DNA of 64,000 bases from Bispira polyomma (Eukaryota): the NCBI GenBank assembly GCA_965649765.1, contig OZ287748.1, positions 79,484,001-79,548,000 on the forward strand, written 5' to 3'. Both the position numbers and the translations under genes were made by a program. The notes under the pieces are model-generated. The model had not been told where the DNA came from. It made no database searches and saw only the letters and a program-made list of their open reading frames with translations. Below, one piece after another: positions 56,777-64,000 of the stretch (position 1 is the first letter of the stretch; each line of letters starts with the position of its first letter).

Positions 56777-59700
56777 TAAGTGTCTGTGTAACAAAGTTTA
56801 AAATGTTGTTTCTACGGAAAATGAATTGGTTTTTGTAAATTAAAATCTGTGACATTAAAGGAAAAAGTAAAGTAAAGAAGTACAAGCCCAGAAGATTTCC
56901 ATGTACCTTACTGCCTAATAATATTACCAGTACATGCTCAAATTCAAACCTAATTTTTCATGGTACTTTATTATTCGTCCAATACTAGTTTAAACTAAAA
57001 ATGAAAATATATTAAAAATTCTCATTTAATAAAAAAAGAGAAGCATGACAATCAGGATTGACCAAATAAGTACACTGTATTCTATAATTTAAACAACTTA
57101 CTGCTGGCTCACTATTTTGAAATTTTCCCAAACTCCCATATGGTCGTAACTCGTAAGTCTCCATTCAAAGGTTTCAACAGGGATTAGGTCACTTATGTGA
57201 TATTACTCAAGTACCTAGACTTCAAATAGTAAGCAAGATTTGCACATTGAACAAGTCTATTCTGCATAAATATACCTGGAGTTCTTGAAAAGATTGTGTC
57301 ATTTCCTGCTAATTGTTTTAAAATGCATAAAATGAGCTGAACTGTTGCAAAACCTTAATCACAAACAAATTGTTTTCTTATCATTTCCTGATGTCTTGTA
57401 AATGAAGTGTTAATGTTTATCACAATCGCAAATAGTGGGGTTGTGTATTTGGAGACCAACAGACATAATTGATAAATTGGAAATAAATTGCACTAGCAAA
57501 ATGGCCGAGTCTGATATAGTCCAGATCGTAATTGGCAAGACATGCAGTGAAAGTAAAACTCAAAATAATATTCAACTATTAAAACATAAATCACATTTAT
57601 CGAATATTCTCAAAACAATCTGATCACATACTAATAACTGTCCAGCCCAGACAGACTCAAAAATTCTACCAAGAACATATATCTAAATCAATCAGATTAT
57701 TGTCAGGTTATGTCAAAACACTGTCCAAACTTTTGTGTTCTTATTTACATGTGCCTAATAAAAAGAAATTTCTTTAATTAATTCCCAAGCTGGCACAGTT
57801 AGATGATTGATTTGCCATATGGAGAAAAATCAACATCCCTATCTCTTCTTTTAGAATTTCCACCTGAGAAAAACTCACCCTGTTGGTCAGCTGTCCAAAC
57901 AAAGAAACATCAAAGGCAATAAAAAAAGTGGGTACCCAGTATTCAGATCCTACAAATGGTGTCAATTTTATCAGGCTCAGCCTGGTGTTGTTTTTATTCT
58001 GCAAAAGGCACCACCATTTTATAATTATTATGTAAGATCTTTATGGATTGGTTGCAAGCAATCGACCTGTCCAAACTGAGGGGTTGTCAGATTTAATGTT
58101 ATCAGGAGCAGCCTGGGGACTGAGTATATATATAGTGACCATATCAAAGTTGTGTGCCTGTGTTTTTGTTAAAAGACAAACCCTTGTTAGCTTATCTTGT
58201 AAAGAGGGAAAAAAATCCATCAGACAAGTTCCATAGATTTTTAAGTAGAAGCCATATTCATATTGTATTTAATGAACACAAAACAAAATGGTCTGAGGCA
58301 TAACAACAGAAAACAAACAAGTGAACAACAACTGCATCATTAGAGAGAATATTCTTTGATACACAGGTACTCTTCTACACAAGGCATGAGTCTCTTGACA
58401 TTTCTGACACAATAAACTGTATCTGGAGAGATTTTTCCCTCAATTGATCATCACCCTTGTTTGCTATTCCTGCTTGAGTTTGGGTTATCAACTAGAGGTT
58501 ACTGTGGAAACAGCTGATAAAGAACACAGTTTTTTCCCAACCTTCATCTAAAAATTGGTATCAAGTTTCACAGTGCCATGTTTTCAATTTATTTACCTGC
58601 TGAGATTACCTGAATGACATATTTATCATTATTGTGCAGTTTCAGATGAATTGGAAATGTTTTTGATGACACGTTGCATGAAGCCCTATTTTTTGGCCAG
58701 AATTCTCTATTTTTTGACAGTCATGTCATTTTAATGGGTTATATTATATGTGCTACATACCGTCTCAGTATTTTTTTATACACATCAAAATGCATTATTA
58801 TACCGGGGTCATGTGGCAATTATAATACATAGATTGATCATATAAACTAATACTGGTGTCAAACCTAAACATGTGACTAATATATAGAACATGTTAAACA
58901 GCTTTCTTTGTGCAATCTACAGTGCTTTTATCTCTTGAAGCTTTCTCTGGTTTTGTAAGATTGATTACTGGTACTGGGAGTTATACATATTTACATCACC
59001 CACCCAAATATTTTTACAAAGAAACAACATCCCTTTTCTACTTTAAACCTGTTTTCAAATATATCATTGTTAATTTTTTTATATTAATATAAATTTTTAA
59101 TTCTTAAGATTACCTTGCGTTCTTATTGATTTGTTATATATTCTTCTTTTCATTTCCTATTCTTGTTCTCATTTGTCAATAAGAGGCTTGTTTTTTTGTT
59201 TAACAACCAGGTGTTTTTCTTGTCACCCATAACAATCTTTGGGTTAGAGAACTAAGCCACTGAAGGGGGTATAGTATTAGTACACACAGCCATATTTACC
59301 TTCAGTCCCTTTCCCATCCAATTGATGTCTTTTCTATGAAGTCTTTTTACATCTAATGGTCGTGCTATTCAAGTGTTTGATAGTGTTTAGATTCACTCAA
59401 CAATAGCAATGTAACTTCTTGCTTTGTGTACCCTTACAATAACCTTATCCTAATGAAACCTACCAATTATCACCAACACTGGGGATGGTCTTGAAAGTCC
59501 ACAGGGTTGCTTGTATTCAACCTTTAGTTTTTAAGCTAGACTCAAACTCAACCTTAATTACGGTATATGCAAAACTACCCCAGTAAAAACTTCAAAATAA
59601 AAACAAGTGAAATCAAGTTAACATACTTTAGATAAATTTATAGAAATTAAATTATGGGGGACAAACGAAAGATGACTTTATTAAATATTTCCCTCAAACG

Positions 59701-60084
59701 AAGTGGACTCACCAGCAATGTTTTGAATTTACTGTACATTTAGGTTTGAGATTGGTACAAAGCTTGCCCACTGGTTTCCCTCCTTATAAGATTGATTGCA
59801 AAATGATGGCTCTTTTCTTACCTGACATCTATCAAATTGTCATTAATACCACCATCCCTCACCTATGTATATGATAAATGCCTTTATAAAATTCTTGTCT
59901 AGCTGAAGATTTCAAGGAGTTTTCTTTCTTTTTTTTTTAAGTTTTAAACTGTTACTTTAATTATTACTCTATAACCTCAGGGGATCTTGCCTGAATTGGT
60001 CACAGAATAAATTTGAAGGTAAATCTACATAAAGAATGTGAATATAAAATATTATTATTGAAGGTCTTTTTAAAAAAATAATGG

Positions 60085-60262
60085 TACTGCCCACATTTCG
60101 TAGTATTACCCACCTTTTGCAGTATTACCCACCCCTTTTGGAGTATTGCCCACCTTTAGGAGTATTGCCCAGTATTGCCCACTTAGGGGTATTGCCCAGT
60201 ACGGGTTAATCCGGATTTTCCCGGGTGGGTAATACCGGGGCAGGTTTGTCATCTCAACCCTG
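60085..60262. repeat. Cluster of agtatt(g/a)cccac motifs ending in caaccctg; probably a DNA-transposon end
   Basis: ~7 short direct repeats plus one inverted copy (gtgggtaatac). Confidence 0.55.
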
Positions 60263-60369
60263 ACTTCCTAAATATTAAATATACACAAAGTATAAGGAGC
60301 ATAACCGTAAACAATTAAACAAATTGTGTACATAATTTTTACATATTTCGGCAATTTTATATCTATATA

Positions 60370-60520
60370 CAGCGAAACCTGGAATTACCTGTTAAGTAGA
60401 ATTTATTATAAGGTCCCATTATTATATTTCTAATTAAAATGCACCCTGTTAAGTAAAAGTTCTGTTAAGTAGAACAAATATTTATGTTCCTTTGTGATTC
60501 GACTTAACAGGCTTCTACTG
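60370..60520. mobile_element. Tc1/pogo-type MITE (related copy at 63542-63693; similar CAGT-ended remnants at 45694-45880 and 42465-42630)
   Basis: ta|cag....ctactg|ta termini; shared internal ttaagtagaa..aaggtccc..aattaaaat blocks. Confidence 0.7.
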
Positions 60521-63500
60521 TACATGTAGTTACATTGTATTTTGTTATGATGCGGATACATAGCTGATGAGTTTATGACTATTTTATGATTGCATTATAA
60601 GTTGATGGTTGTACAATGATTATAGGTTGTCCTTTTCAAAGATGTGCACAAAATCTAAAAACATTTCGTTAGTAAGTCACTATGTTACACTTTGTTTTCT
60701 GTTATTTTATCCTCTACTGAATATCTTACCACAATTTATATTACTGTATACCACTATTACTATTATTACTACCATACATGTAACATTTGTAGTTCTCTGA
60801 CAAAGTGTTAAGAAACGAAAACTGAATTTAGCCTTGAGAACGGAAAGTAAAACCCGTGCTGATTTAATAACACAGAGAAAACAATCTGCATTGCCACCAG
60901 AGCCCATCTTGCTAATTCCCTGCTATGCTTATAACCATTTTTGTACTTCTATATGTATAATACAAGGTTAAATTTATAAACTAATTTACAGCCAGCAAAC
61001 AAAGAGCTGATAAGAGAAGCACTTTGTAAAGCCTGTTGTTTTGTTCTCTCTGCCCCAGACCTTTGATGGAAACAATGATGACCTTTATTTAACAAATCAG
61101 CCACAAATGGACTTTTAATCTTTTAATATCCCCATTGTGTAGGCATTTTTTGCCTCACTGTATTGGGTTATTTGCACATTTAAGTACAGGTTTTAGTGTT
61201 AGTTGCAAAAACCTGACTACATGGTAAATAGCAACTATTAAAACAGTAATTTCATCTTGAGATAACAACCTTTCCTAAATTTATTTAGCAATTTCATATT
61301 CAAAAACAACACATATTATTTACTTCGAACTAAAACACAATAAAAGTAAACTAAGTTAACTTAAATATCTTCGAACTTAACCAAGTACTTTGACCTCGGG
61401 GAAATCAAAGGAAAGCACAAACTGAATGTACAATAACCGGATATATATTTGTCATACCTGTAGTCGAAAAACATGGCCTTATATGAAATTGTGGTTTGGA
61501 AAGAAAGTTTACTGTTGTTCAAATGAATAAAAATACCATCAGACTACAATTATTTCATTTTAGCGCTCACCAGGTATACAGTATAACGCAAGTAAATATA
61601 GGAATATAAAAGGGACATCAAACTTAGCTAATAAATCCAGTAAAAAATATATGTCTTTGTTAGTATTTGTTTTCCATTTTACACACATTACTAGACCACC
61701 CAAACCATCGGGCCCTTAAATCACTAGAACTGCCAAGTTCATTCAATGAACAAATTCCATACACTAAAATTGATCAGCATTATATATTTTTTTTCTGCTC
61801 ATAAAAGTGCCAAATGAAAGCAGAAAAATAAATAAATGCTCGACAAAGCCACGCAAAATGGATCCTTTATTCTGAGGTATAAACACGTTTCTTATTGACA
61901 TAATGGCTGCTCAATGGGTAAATATTCCTGCGCCAGTGAGTTGTGTCATTTGGCTGGATTTTGTCAAATAAGCCTCTCCCCCCCCCCCCCCCCCCAAACT
62001 GTCTGTTTTAAAAGTTCCAACACATTAGTATTTCTCTTGGCTAGAAATCACTTACTCTTCACCTAATATCAATGTCAATATTTATGCCAACAAATGCTAT
62101 AAATATCTACACTCAAAATCACAGCAACCTTTTTTTTCCTTAATCATAACGCACATTTCATTAAAAAAAATTCTACAAAAGGAGTGAAGATATATAACAT
62201 TTTTATTACATCAGTAATATAACACACTTGGACCTTGGCTATTCGATTTGTATACCTGACTTAGCATAAAATCGGAAAAACTTAAATTTGGTTGAGTAAA
62301 CATGATGTTCATAAAATTGAATCTTCGTAACATAAGTTCAGATAATAGAGGTTCTACAATTTCTTAATACATAAACAAAGTGTACAACTATTATTCATTC
62401 TAAATATCACAATTTAACAGAACATACAAAGTTTCTGGTTATGTATTTAGTAGCCAATATAACAGTTCAATTTTTTATTATCTTCACAAAAGTTTACAGA
62501 TATTTAAGAGAATCTTCCTGTAATTTTGTCTTATTTGAATCCTGTGGTAATTACTTGTATGTCTATAACCTCAGACTTGGATTGCTTGTGTTTTTGTGGT
62601 GGTACACCAGGATAGGATCTCTTGATAGTTTTAGCTGGCTCTCTGTGGAGTGATGAGTGAGCCTTGTTCATCTCCTGGACACCTTATGCCATTCATCTTA
62701 GGACTTAAATCACCTCCCATGCTGAGAGTAGCAGATCTCAATCTGACTTTAACCTCTGATTTCTAGGATTACAATTGGAGAACAATAAAAACTACTTCTA
62801 TCATCTATACATATCTGACTTAGTGAAGTTCCAATAGTCTCTTTATACATATACAATTTGTTTTTTTTTGGGGGGGAGGCTTAATAAGTTTATATGCTCC
62901 CGTTTCTACTTCAGAAGTTCAACTAAAACAAAATTCTCGAAACTTAACTGTTACTAGCAATTTACATCAGCAAAGAACACCCCAAATCATTTTTCGTTGC
63001 TCGTTTGAGTTATCTTTCAACCCAGTATAAACTTACGGCTGCTCGTGCCAATGATTTCCCCATCAAGTTACCTTAGTGTTTGACTTTTAGCTCACTCCCT
63101 GCCCACTGAAGCAGTCATCCACATCCCTGGCTGTACCTCTACCCCCACAACTAACTGACCACATTTTTCATCATTTTCTTACTCGCCCTACTGCTCTCCT
63201 CTTTATCATAATAATTGTTTCATTAACTATAAAGAATGGACCCTTAAAAGAAAAAACCTCACCTGCACATTACTAAGGACTAAACTATGCAGTCACTAAA
63301 CATTGCACTGCCTACCATGGAAACTAAGTAAAAAATTGCACTGACTACCAATGGATACTAAATTTTTGTACCTAAATGTATGTATGACATAGTAAATGCT
63401 AAAAATAACTTTTCGAATATATATGTGTAACAAAAGTACCATAATAAATTCCTGATTACAATGAAATATATTCCTTTTTTAAATCCTTATGATGTTCCAC

Positions 63501-64000
63501 GACATCAGTTGTGCATATAATGCTAAATTTAGAATAAAATACAGTCAAACCCCTTTAAGTAGAACTCTGATAAGTGGAATTATCTGTTAAGTAGAAGTTA
63601 TATCAAGGTCCCACTGCTATATTTTCAATTAAAATTAAACTTGTTAAGTAGAACATATTTTTTTGGTCCCTTGAGATTCGACAGGGTTCCAATGTCATGA
63701 TGTTGTACTGTACACTTATTTTTACAAAACAATATGCTGGATACTTTATGTCCCATATGATAACTCTTTTCTCAAACACAAGACAGAATTCCAATGTCAA
63801 AAGCATCATCATTTTCAGATCTATGGGAGCAATAACTTTGTAACCAAAAATCCTATTAGCAATTTTGCCAACATATTTAGCAGCTTTTTATGACAACAAA
63901 TAATGTCAGTAGGTTGTATAACAATTTCTCATTTCTCAACCGACTATGCAGTAAAACTCCTAGGGGGCACACCAATACATCAATGATGTTTATAACCACA

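Noticed and set aside
57907-61411. Three CCTTTGAT (TCF/LEF-type) sites at 57909, 61060 and 61404 in the large intron
   Set aside because: Roughly 0.7 are expected by chance in 17 kb of this composition, so three is not persuasive without conservation data.

Overview
AT-rich animal genomic DNA, probably lophotrochozoan/mollusc judging by its repeat families (inference). The main feature is the 3' part of a dachsous (DCHS1/2-like) giant protocadherin gene on the minus strand. I traced 20 GT-AG coding exons from 46606 to the stop at 21031; they are phase-consistent and total 8283 nt, about 2760 aa. The 5' part lies beyond a >17 kb intron running off the right end. Downstream sits a structurally complete but mutated DIRS1-type tyrosine-recombinase retrotransposon (7985-15037, minus) with ITRs, ICR, gag, RT/RNase H/methyltransferase and YR, next to a decayed Harbinger (nuclease plus MADF partner). 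The introns hold a near-intact Tigger/pogo element nested in a Helentron-type non-autonomous element, plus L2 3' ends, SINEs and MITEs. Most unusual: (1) the DIRS Gag appears to carry an obligatory N-terminal membrane-anchor region; (2) its termini pair U1-complementary sites with AATAAA; (3) four dachsous introns carry tandem repeats built from, or abutting, the gene's own splice signals; (4) Dachsous has a double furin-type site near the membrane.
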